64,000 nucleotides of DNA from an uncultured delta proteobacterium (GTDB lineage: Bacteria > Myxococcota_A > Polyangia > Palsa-1104): positions 320,001 through 384,000 of the forward strand of contig CAWAWS010000014.1 of assembly GCA_963785725.1 (NCBI GenBank). Direction: 5' to 3'. How positions within the stretch are numbered: position 1 is the stretch's first letter; each line of letters starts with the position of its first letter. The notes under the pieces were generated by a model. That model did no database searches. It saw nothing but the letters and a program-made list of their open reading frames with translations, and was not told where the DNA came from. Below are positions 50,878 through 60,215 of the stretch, one piece after another. A program made the translations under genes and the position numbers.

Positions 50878-52263
50878 CTAAAACTGCAGCTGGCCGTAGA
50901 TGTAGAAGTTGTAGATGTTGACGTTGTCGACGAGGTAGCGGCGCCCGACCTGGTCGATCACGGCGCGGTAGGCCGGGTTGAACTCGGGCGCGGTCGTGAC
51001 GCGGCCCGAAGGCGTCGCCGGCACGCCGATGTCTTCGCCGGTGATGAAGTGCGACTGATCGTGCGCGTACTCGAACGACGTGCGCAGCCGAAAATGCTCG
51101 CCGATCTGCGCGCCCAACGCGACGTCGGCACCGAGCGTCGCGTAGCTCTGGATGGTCGTGACGCCCGTAAAGGGCGCGTTTTGGTAGGCGTTCGTCGTCT
51201 GACTGCTGTCGCAGGCCGGGTTGAAGGCGGCGTGCAGCGCATCGCACGCCAGCACCGGCGACGACGCCAGCATCTCCCACGCCTCGGAGTAGCCGCGCCC
51301 CGAGGCGTGTCCTTCGAGCCGCCCACGTAGATCGATGTAGAATTTGTGGCCGAGGCGCGGCTTCTCGTACGGAATCAGCTCCATGCCGAAGCTGGTGCCG
51401 CCTTGCTGCATCGGGTTCTTCGTCTTCTGCGACGGGCCGTAGTCTTTGTAAAGCGAGTCGCCGCGCGCGATCGGATACATGTACCAAAAGCTCATGTAGG
51501 GATCGACGTACTGCCACCGATGCGAGATCGCCGTGCGCGCGTAGAGTCGGTGAACACCTTCGGAGACCGCGTGGTTGTTGCCTGGGTTCGCGCGGTCGAA
51601 GGCCATGATGTTTCCGATGGAAATCTGCGGCTCGAAGGCCAGGGTCCAGGTCGGCTTGGTGTCGTCGCGCTTCTGGCTCACCGGCGCCCAGGTCAAGCCG
51701 AGGTTCAGCGTGTCGAAGGCGTCGAGCCCGCTGCCGCCGTTGGCGCCGCGGGTGACGGTGCGAAAGAGCGTGTTGCCGCTGGTGGCGGCGCCGCCGTGTG
51801 CCGCGTCGTAGCCCGAGGGCCCGACGATGCCGTCGGCCACCGTCGACGAGTTGGAGACGTTGACGCAGTTGGGGCTGGCGTCGGGCGGGTAGCGGCAGCT
51901 CGAGCCGGCGGAGTTGTCGTACGAATAGGTGGCGCTCTCGTCGATCGTGATCGGCAGCTCGACCGACAACATCAGATCTCGATAGAGCCCGATCTCGGCG
52001 CGAAGGGTCAGATCGTCGCGCCGCTGCGCGTACAGCAGATCTTTGAGCTGCGCCACCGACGTCTGCGACGGCGACAGCCCTTCGAATTCGCGTTTGATCT
52101 GCGCGCGCTTCTCGGTGTGGTCGTAGCGAACGCGCAGGCGGAAGTCGAACGGGTTGTCCTCGTCGAAAGAGGACGCGACATCGGTGATGTCGGCGGCCTC
52201 GGCGCGCCCGGGGCAAACGGCGCCAGCGACGACGACGAGCACGAACGCCCACGTCAGTCGCAT
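50878..52263 (-). CDS. Putative outer-membrane beta-barrel protein
   Basis: Signal peptide ending RAEA; amphipathic strands; C-terminal YIYGQLQF (BAM-type terminal Phe). Confidence 0.7.
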   Translation of the reverse strand: MRLTWAFVLVVVAGAVCPGRAEAADITDVASSFDEDNPFDFRLRVRYDHTEKRAQIKREFEGLSPSQTSVAQLKDLLYAQRRDDLTLRAEIGLYRDLMLSVELPITIDESATYSYDNSAGSSCRYPPDASPNCVNVSNSSTVADGIVGPSGYDAAHGGAATSGNTLFRTVTRGANGGSGLDAFDTLNLGLTWAPVSQKRDDTKPTWTLAFEPQISIGNIMAFDRANPGNNHAVSEGVHRLYARTAISHRWQYVDPYMSFWYMYPIARGDSLYKDYGPSQKTKNPMQQGGTSFGMELIPYEKPRLGHKFYIDLRGRLEGHASGRGYSEAWEMLASSPVLACDALHAAFNPACDSSQTTNAYQNAPFTGVTTIQSYATLGADVALGAQIGEHFRLRTSFEYAHDQSHFITGEDIGVPATPSGRVTTAPEFNPAYRAVIDQVGRRYLVDNVNIYNFYIYGQLQF

Positions 52264-52539
52264 GGCGCCACCGTACTTGCGGCGACGGGCGCGGTCAAGT
52301 TCACCGCTGCCGCTAGCGGGTGTTCGAGCGACGGGCAAATGATGTGTTCGTGTCAGCGGAAATGTAGGAGTGGCCGAGGGTTGACCTGGGGATCTCGTCT
52401 CCATGGCGATGGTGGCGCTCCCACCCGATCGCGCCCGAAGCGGCCCAAAACGACCGCGGACGGTGCGTAACCTCACGTAAAGGTCACACCCGGCGATGGC
52501 GCAAATCTAGCAATGCGCCGTACACGAAGGCAGGGGGTA

Positions 52540-54906
52540 ATGATCTTCGCAGCAGCCACTCGGTCGCCGATCCAGTTCGGCGCGTACCTGCTCACCGAAT
52601 GTGTCGGGCAGGGCGGCATGGCCGTCGTCTACAAGGCGACGCGTCAGGGCCCGAGCGGCTTCGAGAAGACGGTCGTCGTCAAGGCGATGTTGCCGACGCT
52701 GACGGCGCAAAAAGAGTTCGTGGCCATGTTCTCGGCCGAAGCGCGCTTGATGGCGCAGCTGACCCATCCCAACATCGTGCAAGTCCACGACTTCGGCGTC
52801 GTCGACGGCATTCCCTATCTGGCGATGGAGTATCTGCCGGGGCGCAATCTGTCGCAGCTGCGCGCGGCCGTCGACGCGTCCTGCCTGCGCGTGCCGCTGG
52901 GCGCGGCGCTGGCGATCGTGCGCGAGGTCTGCCACGGGCTCGGCTATGCGCACGACTTCGTCGACTCCGAAGGGCGCAAGCGCCAGATCATCCATCGCGA
53001 CGTCTCGCCGTCGAACGTCATGGTCTGTCGCGACGGCTCGGTCAAGCTGCTCGACTTCGGCGTGGCCAAGATCGTCGGCGAGTTCGACTACGACGTCACC
53101 CAGAGCTTCAAGGGCAAGTACGCCTATATGTCGCCCGAGCAGGTGAACCACAAGCCGATCGATCGGCGCGTGGACGTGTTCGCGGCCGGCGTCGTCTTGC
53201 ACGAGCTGCTCACGGGCAAGCGCCTCTTCGCCGCCGGCACCGAGCTCGAGACGCTGCAGCGCGTGTCGGCCGCCAAAGTGGTCGCGCCGTCGGTGGACAA
53301 TCGCGAAGTGCCGCGCGCGCTCGACGCCATCGTCAAAAAGGCGCTCGCCAAAGATCCGAGTGAGCGTTACATGTCGGGCGCGCAGATGGCCGAGGCGCTC
53401 GACTCGCTCGAGAGCATGATCTGGCCGCGCAAACGCTTGGCCGCGTGGCTCAATGAGCTGTTCGCGCGCGACTGGACCGTCACCTGCGACGTCTGCGGCA
53501 AGTCGGTGCTGGCCGGCGGCGAGTGCGGCGAATGCGGCACGGCGGCACCCGATGGCGCGTCGTCGCCGAGCGTGGTCTCGGCGTCGCCGGTCGTGAACGA
53601 GGCGCAGGCGGCGCTGGCGCCGATCTTCTCGAGCGTCAATACCGAGCGCAACGTCGTGGGCTCGCAGACGATCGAGAGCGCGGTGCCGACGGAAGCGCCC
53701 GACGAGCCGTTGCCGCTGCCGCCGCTGCCGCTGTCGCACTCGAAGAAGTCGCGCGCGCAGTTGTCGGTCGTGCGCACGCCGCTGCCGCCGCCGCTCGTCG
53801 AGCCCGACACCGCCGAAATGCAGGCGCCGACGTCGGGCGAGATCGAGATGCCGGGCGTCGATCTGTTCTCGGCGCCGAAGCTGTTCGTCGTTCCCGAGCA
53901 GAAGCCGGCGGGCAAGTCGTCGCCCAAGCGCGCCGCGCTCTCGCCGCGCATGCACCAGGCGTCGCCGACGCCGGAGCCGCCGCCGACGCTCGTCGATCGC
54001 AAGCCGGCGACGCCGGCGCCCGCGACGACGCCGGCGCACAAGGCGAAGACGGCGACGAAGCCGACGCCGAAGACGATGCCGGCGGTGCACGCGCCGGTCA
54101 GCGGCATCGAGCCGACGCTGCCGGCGCCGCCCAGCGACTACTTGGCCGAGACAGAGGAGGCGACGGCGCTGCGCGGCAAGCCGAATGCGCCGCAGCCGAT
54201 GACGCCGCGTGGGTTCGCGCCGCCGCAGCCCACCGATCCGCACGCGATCTTTGGCCGCAACGAAGCGCCGGAGCTGTCGCCGCTGCAGCCGCAGCTCGAC
54301 GCGTCCGACGCGGCGCCGATCGCGCCGGTGCCGGCGTGGGCGCCGCTGATGAATCCGAAGCCGGCGTGGCCGTCGCCGAGCCCGCTGGCGACGTCGGAGC
54401 CGTTCGGTTTTCCGCCGGCGGTGCTGCGTGCGCCGTCGCCGGGCAGCTTCTCGATGTCGACGTCGGAGCTGCCGCGCGTGCCGTCGCGCGGTCGTTTCGC
54501 CATCGCGACATTGCTGGTGGCGGCGGCGGTGACGGCGGTGTTCGCCTGGGTGCTGTCGTCGCAGCCGCGCTCGTCGCTGGAGACGCCGGTGGTCGCCGAG
54601 GCGCCGGCCGCGGTCGCGCCGGCGGCGCCGGTCGCCAGCGCGCCCACTCCGGTCGCCAACGTGGCCGCCGTCGTGGCGCCGGCGCCGGCGTTCGGCACCG
54701 GCGGCAATCAGGCCAAGCCGGCCCCGACGAGCGTGTCGGCCGTCGACGCCGCGACCGCCGCCGCGCTCGCGCCGACCGCGAGCAAGCCGGCGCGCCGCCA
54801 TTCGACCGCTGCCACGACGACGCGCACGCATGCGTCCTCGCCGGCGACGCCCGATCGCACCGTCAGCGAGGGTCGCATCGTCGATCCGTTCGCGAGCATG
54901 AAATGA
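52540..54906 (+). CDS. Hanks-type Ser/Thr kinase with Zn-ribbon, Pro-rich linker and TM
   Basis: GQGGMA, VVVK, HRDVSPSN, DFG and YMSPE; CDVC..CGEC; TM FAIATLLVAAAVTAVFAWVL; tail IVDPF. Confidence 0.93.
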   Translation: MIFAAATRSPIQFGAYLLTECVGQGGMAVVYKATRQGPSGFEKTVVVKAMLPTLTAQKEFVAMFSAEARLMAQLTHPNIVQVHDFGVVDGIPYLAMEYLPGRNLSQLRAAVDASCLRVPLGAALAIVREVCHGLGYAHDFVDSEGRKRQIIHRDVSPSNVMVCRDGSVKLLDFGVAKIVGEFDYDVTQSFKGKYAYMSPEQVNHKPIDRRVDVFAAGVVLHELLTGKRLFAAGTELETLQRVSAAKVVAPSVDNREVPRALDAIVKKALAKDPSERYMSGAQMAEALDSLESMIWPRKRLAAWLNELFARDWTVTCDVCGKSVLAGGECGECGTAAPDGASSPSVVSASPVVNEAQAALAPIFSSVNTERNVVGSQTIESAVPTEAPDEPLPLPPLPLSHSKKSRAQLSVVRTPLPPPLVEPDTAEMQAPTSGEIEMPGVDLFSAPKLFVVPEQKPAGKSSPKRAALSPRMHQASPTPEPPPTLVDRKPATPAPATTPAHKAKTATKPTPKTMPAVHAPVSGIEPTLPAPPSDYLAETEEATALRGKPNAPQPMTPRGFAPPQPTDPHAIFGRNEAPELSPLQPQLDASDAAPIAPVPAWAPLMNPKPAWPSPSPLATSEPFGFPPAVLRAPSPGSFSMSTSELPRVPSRGRFAIATLLVAAAVTAVFAWVLSSQPRSSLETPVVAEAPAAVAPAAPVASAPTPVANVAAVVAPAPAFGTGGNQAKPAPTSVSAVDAATAAALAPTASKPARRHSTAATTTRTHASSPATPDRTVSEGRIVDPFASMK

Positions 54907-55586
54907 TCACGCGCTGCCTCGTCGCCGCTCTCGTGTTCTTCGGGCTCGCCGCCGGCACGGCGCACGCCGCCGACAAGCGCGTCGCCGCCGCGCATTTCCA
55001 GCACGGACGCACGCTCTTCGAGTCCGGCAGCTACGCCGCCGCGCTCGAGGAGTTCGACGCCGGTTACGACGCCTATCCGCTGCCCGGCTTCCTCGTCAAC
55101 ATCGGCCAATGTCAGCGCAAGCTCGACCGGCTCGATGACGCCGTCACCTCGTTCCAGAAGTTCCTCGACTCGAGCACCGGCGACGCGCGCTTGCGCTCCG
55201 AAGTGCAAGAGGCGCTCGACGAGATCAGCACCGAACGTGCGCGCCGGCAGGCAATCGAAGACGAGGCGCGCCATCAGCGTGACCTGGCCGAGCGCCGCCA
55301 TCCCATCGACGACGAGGCGCCGCCGTCGCGCGTCGTCAGCGCGCCGCCGCCGGTGCTGGCCGTCGCGCCGTCAGCCGCCGGCGTCGCCGTGCCGGCAGCG
55401 GCGCTGGAAGCCACGCCGCCACTCGCCGTCACCGCCGACAAGCCCAAGAGCCATCGTTGGGTGTGGGCCGTCGTCGGTGTGCTCGCCGCCGGCGCCGTCG
55501 CGTCGGCCGCCGCCGTCGCCTATGTCGAGCTCCGCCCGCACGCGCCGCAAGCCGGCTCGCTCGGCCTGCTCGACGGACGCAGGTGA
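54903..55586 (+). CDS. Exported TPR-domain protein
   Basis: Signal peptide; HFQHGRTLFESGSYAAALEEF..LVNIGQCQRKL; hydrophobic C-terminus WVWAVVG. Confidence 0.85.
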   Translation: MITRCLVAALVFFGLAAGTAHAADKRVAAAHFQHGRTLFESGSYAAALEEFDAGYDAYPLPGFLVNIGQCQRKLDRLDDAVTSFQKFLDSSTGDARLRSEVQEALDEISTERARRQAIEDEARHQRDLAERRHPIDDEAPPSRVVSAPPPVLAVAPSAAGVAVPAAALEATPPLAVTADKPKSHRWVWAVVGVLAAGAVASAAAVAYVELRPHAPQAGSLGLLDGRR

Positions 55587-57194
55587 TGAGACGCGTCGCG
55601 CCGGCGTTGGCGCTCGTCGCGCTCGCCGGCTGCGGCGGCGGTCCGACGACGGTCCTCATGTCGGTGGCCGCGCCCAGCGGCATGACCGCCGACACGATCG
55701 CGATCACCGTGTTCGATCGCAACGGCGTCGTCATCGACAATCGCGGCCTCGGCTCGAGCGCCAAGCTGCCCGGCAGTGTCCTCGTGCTCATGTCGCCCGA
55801 CGCCGGCGTGGCCCGCGCGCTCGTCATGGCCACTTCGGGCGGCATGTTCGTCGGCGAAGCGATCGGCACGGTGCCGGTGTTGCCGAGCGAAAAAGGCCTG
55901 CTCACGCTGCTCTTGTCGACGACGCCGCTGCCCGATGCCGACGGCGACGGCGTGCCCGACACCATCGACAACTGCCCGACGCGTGCCCAACCCCGATCAG
56001 CAGTCGACCTACGGCAGCTCGCTCGGCGACGCCTGTAACGGCAGCAGCGACGGCGCCGCCGGCGGGCATCATGGCGGCGACGCCGGCGCCGGACCGGTCG
56101 ATCTCGGCATGCCCACGTCCGATCTCGGCAGCGACGGCGGGGTCGTCGTGTCCGCGCCGCGCTGTGGCGACGGCACCGTCGACAGCGGCGAGCAGTGCGA
56201 CACCGGCGCCGCCAACAGCGACGATCCGGCGTCGACGACGGCGACCTGCACGTCGCAGTGCCGCCATCGCGCCACCTGCGGCAGCGTCGCCGGCGCGCTC
56301 GGCGCCAAGATCGATCCCGCGAGCGGCCACTGCTACGTCTACTGGCGCGGCCCGCTCGACTTCGCGCTCGCACAACGCGACTGCCAACAGCGCGGCGGCA
56401 CGCTCGCCGTCGTCACGTCCGCCGCCGAGAACACGCTCGTGCAAGGGCTCGTCGGCCCGACGTCGTCGGCCTGGATCGGCCTCGAGATCACGCCCGGCGC
56501 GGCGACGACCTACCGCTGGGTCGACGGCGAGCCCGTGGCCTACACCGCGTTCGCGCCCGGCAAGCCCGACGACGGCGCCGGCACCGGCGTTCCCGAGGAG
56601 TGCGGCGCCGTGACGCCGCTCGGCTGGGACGACGACGCGTGCGGCTTCCCGGCCACCGGCGACTTGCCGCCGTCGAAGCTGTTCACGCTGCCGTACGTGT
56701 GCGAGAGCGGCTGCGGCAACGGCGTCGTCGAGCCCGGCGAAACCTGCGATCCGCCCAACAGCACGACCTGCACCAACAGCTGCCAGACCAAGCTCGCCTG
56801 CACCGAAGCCGGCGCCTACAGCTCGCCCATCAACGGCCACTGCTACCTCGAGGTCGACAACAGCGTCGACTACGCGACCGCGCGCAAAGCTTGCCCGGCC
56901 GGCACGCACCTGGCCACGCTCGGCGATCAGTCGGAGTCGGAGGCGGCGCAGCTCGCCATCAGCGCCACCTATCCCGATGCGTGGATCTCCTTACGCGCGC
57001 CGACCGACGTCACGCAGTTCGCGTGGGACGACTTGTCGGCCGAGCCGTTCTTGTCGCGGCGCTTTCACGGCTTTCTGCTGACCGAGCCCAACAATCAGAA
57101 TCCGCCGGCCTGCGGTCGCGTCTCGTTCCTCGCCGGCTGGAGAGACAAAGACTGCACCGGGACCAACTACGCGACGTTGTGCGAGCGCGAATAG
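55586..57194 (+). CDS. Lipoprotein with TSP3 repeat, myxobacterial Cys-rich repeats and two C-type lectin domains (frameshift near 55982)
   Basis: LAGC lipobox; DADGDGVPD..DNCP; CGDG.VD.GEQCD and CGNGVVEPGETCD; GHCY..AWIGL and AWISL..EPN. Confidence 0.8.
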
Positions 57195-57199
57195 CGCCG

Positions 57200-58669
57200 T
57201 CACTCTTTGTCGCGCAGGCCGAACTCTTTCATCTTGTTCTGCAGGCTTTTGCGGCTGATTTTCAGCTTTCGCGCCGCTTGCGTGACGTTGCCGCCGGTCT
57301 CTTCCAGGGCGCGCACGATGAGCTCGCGCTCGACGCGCTCGGTCTCCTGGCGAACGATCTCCTTCAGCGACGACGCGCGCGCCGGCACGCTGGGGCCGGC
57401 GGCGCTGGCCGTCGTTTGCGGCGGCGGCGTCGGCGTCGGTGTAGGCGCCGCGGTCGTCGCGGCGGCGGCCGTGGCCACGGTCGGCGCCGCGTGACCGACG
57501 ATCTCGGGCGGCAAGTCGCTGGCGTGAATCGTCGGCCCTTCGCTGAACAAGATCGTTCGCTCGAGCACGTTCTCCAGCTCGCGAATGTTGCCGGGCCAGG
57601 CGTGCGCCGTCAGCCGCGCCAACGCTTCGTCGTCGACGCTCACGACCTGCTTCTTGAGCCGCTCGTTGAAGCGCGCGATGAAGTGCTCGACCAGCAGCGG
57701 AATGTCGGCCGTGCGCTCGCGCAGCGGCGGCAAGTGCACCGGCACGACGTTCAAGCGATAGAACAAATCCTCACGAAAAGCGCCCGACTGCACCTCTTTT
57801 TGCAGATCGCGATTGGTGGCCGCCACCAGGCGCACGTCCACTTTCAGCGTCTTGATGCCGCCGACGCGCTCGAACTCGGACTCTTGCAGCACGCGCAGCA
57901 GCTTGACCTGCATCTCGACCGGGATCTCGCCGATCTCGTCGAGGAAGAGCGTGCCGCCGTCGGCCAATTCGAAGCGGCCCGGCTTCGATCCGACGGCGCC
58001 GGTGAAGGCGCCTTTGTCGTAACCGAATAATTCGGACTCCATCAAAGTCTTAGGAATGGCCGCGCAGTTGATCTTGATGAACGGCCCTTGGCGACGCGAC
58101 GAATGAGCATGCAGCGCCCGCGAAATCAGCTCTTTACCCGTCCCCGACTCGCCCGAGATGAGGACGGTCGACGGCGTATCGGCCACTTTCTCGATCACCG
58201 CGAACACCGCTTCCAGCGACGCCGAGCGGCCGATCAAGCCGAAACGGCCGGCCGGCGACGTCGTCTGCTGCACGCGCGGCGCCCGCTTGTCGAGCTCGTG
58301 CGTGCGAATCGCCTTGGCCACGACCTGCTGAATCTGCAGCTGCTCGAACGGCTTCTCGATGTAGTCGAAGGCGCCCAGCTTGACCGCCTCGACCGCCGAA
58401 TCGACCGAGCCGTGCGCCGTGATCATGACGACCGGCACGTCGGGATGCTCGGCGACGACGCGGCGCAGAAGGCCCATCCCGTCGAGCCGCGGCATGCGCA
58501 AGTCGGTGATGACCGCGGCGATGCCGGGGTTGGCGGCCACGAGCGCGAGCGCCTCTTCGCCGTCGCGGGCTTCGAGGACTTCATAGCCGTCACGTTGCAG
58601 GATCGCGCCCAATACTTTGCGCAGATTCAGCTCGTCGTCGGCGAGCACGATGCGAGGGCGAGCGCCCAT
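57200..58669 (-). CDS. sigma54-dependent response regulator (NtrC family)
   Basis: [32 protein letters not shown] and Fis HTH. Confidence 0.95.
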   Translation of the reverse strand: MGARPRIVLADDELNLRKVLGAILQRDGYEVLEARDGEEALALVAANPGIAAVITDLRMPRLDGMGLLRRVVAEHPDVPVVMITAHGSVDSAVEAVKLGAFDYIEKPFEQLQIQQVVAKAIRTHELDKRAPRVQQTTSPAGRFGLIGRSASLEAVFAVIEKVADTPSTVLISGESGTGKELISRALHAHSSRRQGPFIKINCAAIPKTLMESELFGYDKGAFTGAVGSKPGRFELADGGTLFLDEIGEIPVEMQVKLLRVLQESEFERVGGIKTLKVDVRLVAATNRDLQKEVQSGAFREDLFYRLNVVPVHLPPLRERTADIPLLVEHFIARFNERLKKQVVSVDDEALARLTAHAWPGNIRELENVLERTILFSEGPTIHASDLPPEIVGHAAPTVATAAAATTAAPTPTPTPPPQTTASAAGPSVPARASSLKEIVRQETERVERELIVRALEETGGNVTQAARKLKISRKSLQNKMKEFGLRDKE

Positions 58670-58788
58670 GAACGTGCGACGCTAGCACACATGGACCCGG
58701 CTGCACGCGCGAGTTCTTCTCTATGTGATCGCTGCAGCTTGATCGATCAACCAATAGGCCGATATCATCCGCTCGAGGAGCTTATTCA

Positions 58789-60180
58789 ATGCGCGGTATT
58801 TTAGTCTTCGCAGCACTTTCCTGTTTCACCGCCGTAGGTTGCGGCGACGACGACACCGGTGGCTCGAGCAAGGACATGTCCCATCCGCTCGATCTCGCGT
58901 CGCAGCCGCCCGATTTGTCGACGCAGGACCTGAGCGGCACGGCCGACATGCCGATCGCCGGCGTCACGTGGGCCAAGTTCTCGCTCGATTTCGCGCAGGC
59001 GCGCTGCCAGCACTTCCTGAGCTGCGGGCAGGTCGACGCGGCGCAGATGAACACCTGCATCACGCAGAACCTGCAGCTCACGGGCTGGGACGTCGACACC
59101 GAGATCGCCAAAGGTCGCGTGGTCATCAACGAGACGCAGTGCATCCAGGCGGTGAACGCCTCGCGCTGCGACGGCAGCGACAGCGGGGAGTGGCAGCTGC
59201 GCTGCTCGACGCTCCTCTATGAGCCGATGCAGGCGAACGCGGCGACCTGCCTCTCGGGCGTCGAGTGCACGAGCACGTATTGCGCGCACAGCAACAACAG
59301 CGCCGGCACGGCGCCGCAACCGGACGGCTGCCCCGGCATGTGCGCGACCATCAAGGCGCCCGGCGCCGCCTGCCAGACCGACGAGCAGTGCGGCGTCGAC
59401 GCGTACTGCGACAGCGGGGCGACGAACGTCTGCATCGCCTATCTCGTCGCCGGCGACGCCTGCGGCACCGGCGTTCCCTGCCATCCGGGCACGACGTATT
59501 GCCCGATCTTCGGCACGCAGACCTGCCAGGCGCCGGTGACCTCGGGCGCGCAAGGCGACGCCTGCGATCTGCTGCAGGCGATCTCGAGCGTGCCGCCGTG
59601 CCAGGCTGGGCTGTTCTGCAAGGTGAACGACACGGCCAACGGCGCCAGCTGCCAACCCAAGATCGCGGCCGGCCAGCCGTGCAACGGCAACGCCACGCTC
59701 TCCGCCGACGGCCTCGACGGCCTCGACGACCAGTGCGTCGACGGCACCGCCTGCTTCAGCTTCGACCAGGACAACGCCAACAGCGCCGGCACCTGCGTCC
59801 CGTTGGGCGGGCTCGGCGACCAGTGCAAGCTGCTCACCGCGACCCACGGCTCGTGCAAGATCGGCTTCTTCTGCCAGGCGCCTACCGGCAACTTGGTCGG
59901 CACCTGCGTCGCGCTGCTTCCCGATGGCCAGTCGTGCGCACAAAACGACGTGTGCGCGGCCTACTCGGATGTCTTGCCGACCGTCTGCATCGCCGACAAC
60001 GCCGATGCCGGCACCGCCACGACCTGCCAGTCGGCCAAGAGCTTCGGCGACAGCTGCGTGCCCGGCTTCCAAGACGCGCTCTGCTGGCCGGCCGCCGACC
60101 CGACGCCGACGGTGCCGCAGAGCAGCAAGTGCACGCCGACCAGCAACGGCAACGGCGTCTGCGCCCCGATCTGCAACTGA
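58789..60180 (+). CDS. Large Cys-rich lipoprotein
   Basis: GAGGAG RBS; AVGC lipobox; repeated G..C....C..G..C......C modules. Confidence 0.85.
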   Translation: MRGILVFAALSCFTAVGCGDDDTGGSSKDMSHPLDLASQPPDLSTQDLSGTADMPIAGVTWAKFSLDFAQARCQHFLSCGQVDAAQMNTCITQNLQLTGWDVDTEIAKGRVVINETQCIQAVNASRCDGSDSGEWQLRCSTLLYEPMQANAATCLSGVECTSTYCAHSNNSAGTAPQPDGCPGMCATIKAPGAACQTDEQCGVDAYCDSGATNVCIAYLVAGDACGTGVPCHPGTTYCPIFGTQTCQAPVTSGAQGDACDLLQAISSVPPCQAGLFCKVNDTANGASCQPKIAAGQPCNGNATLSADGLDGLDDQCVDGTACFSFDQDNANSAGTCVPLGGLGDQCKLLTATHGSCKIGFFCQAPTGNLVGTCVALLPDGQSCAQNDVCAAYSDVLPTVCIADNADAGTATTCQSAKSFGDSCVPGFQDALCWPAADPTPTVPQSSKCTPTSNGNGVCAPICN

Positions 60181-60215
60181 TTCAGCCGCCTTCCGACCTC
60201 GACTAATTCCCTCGA

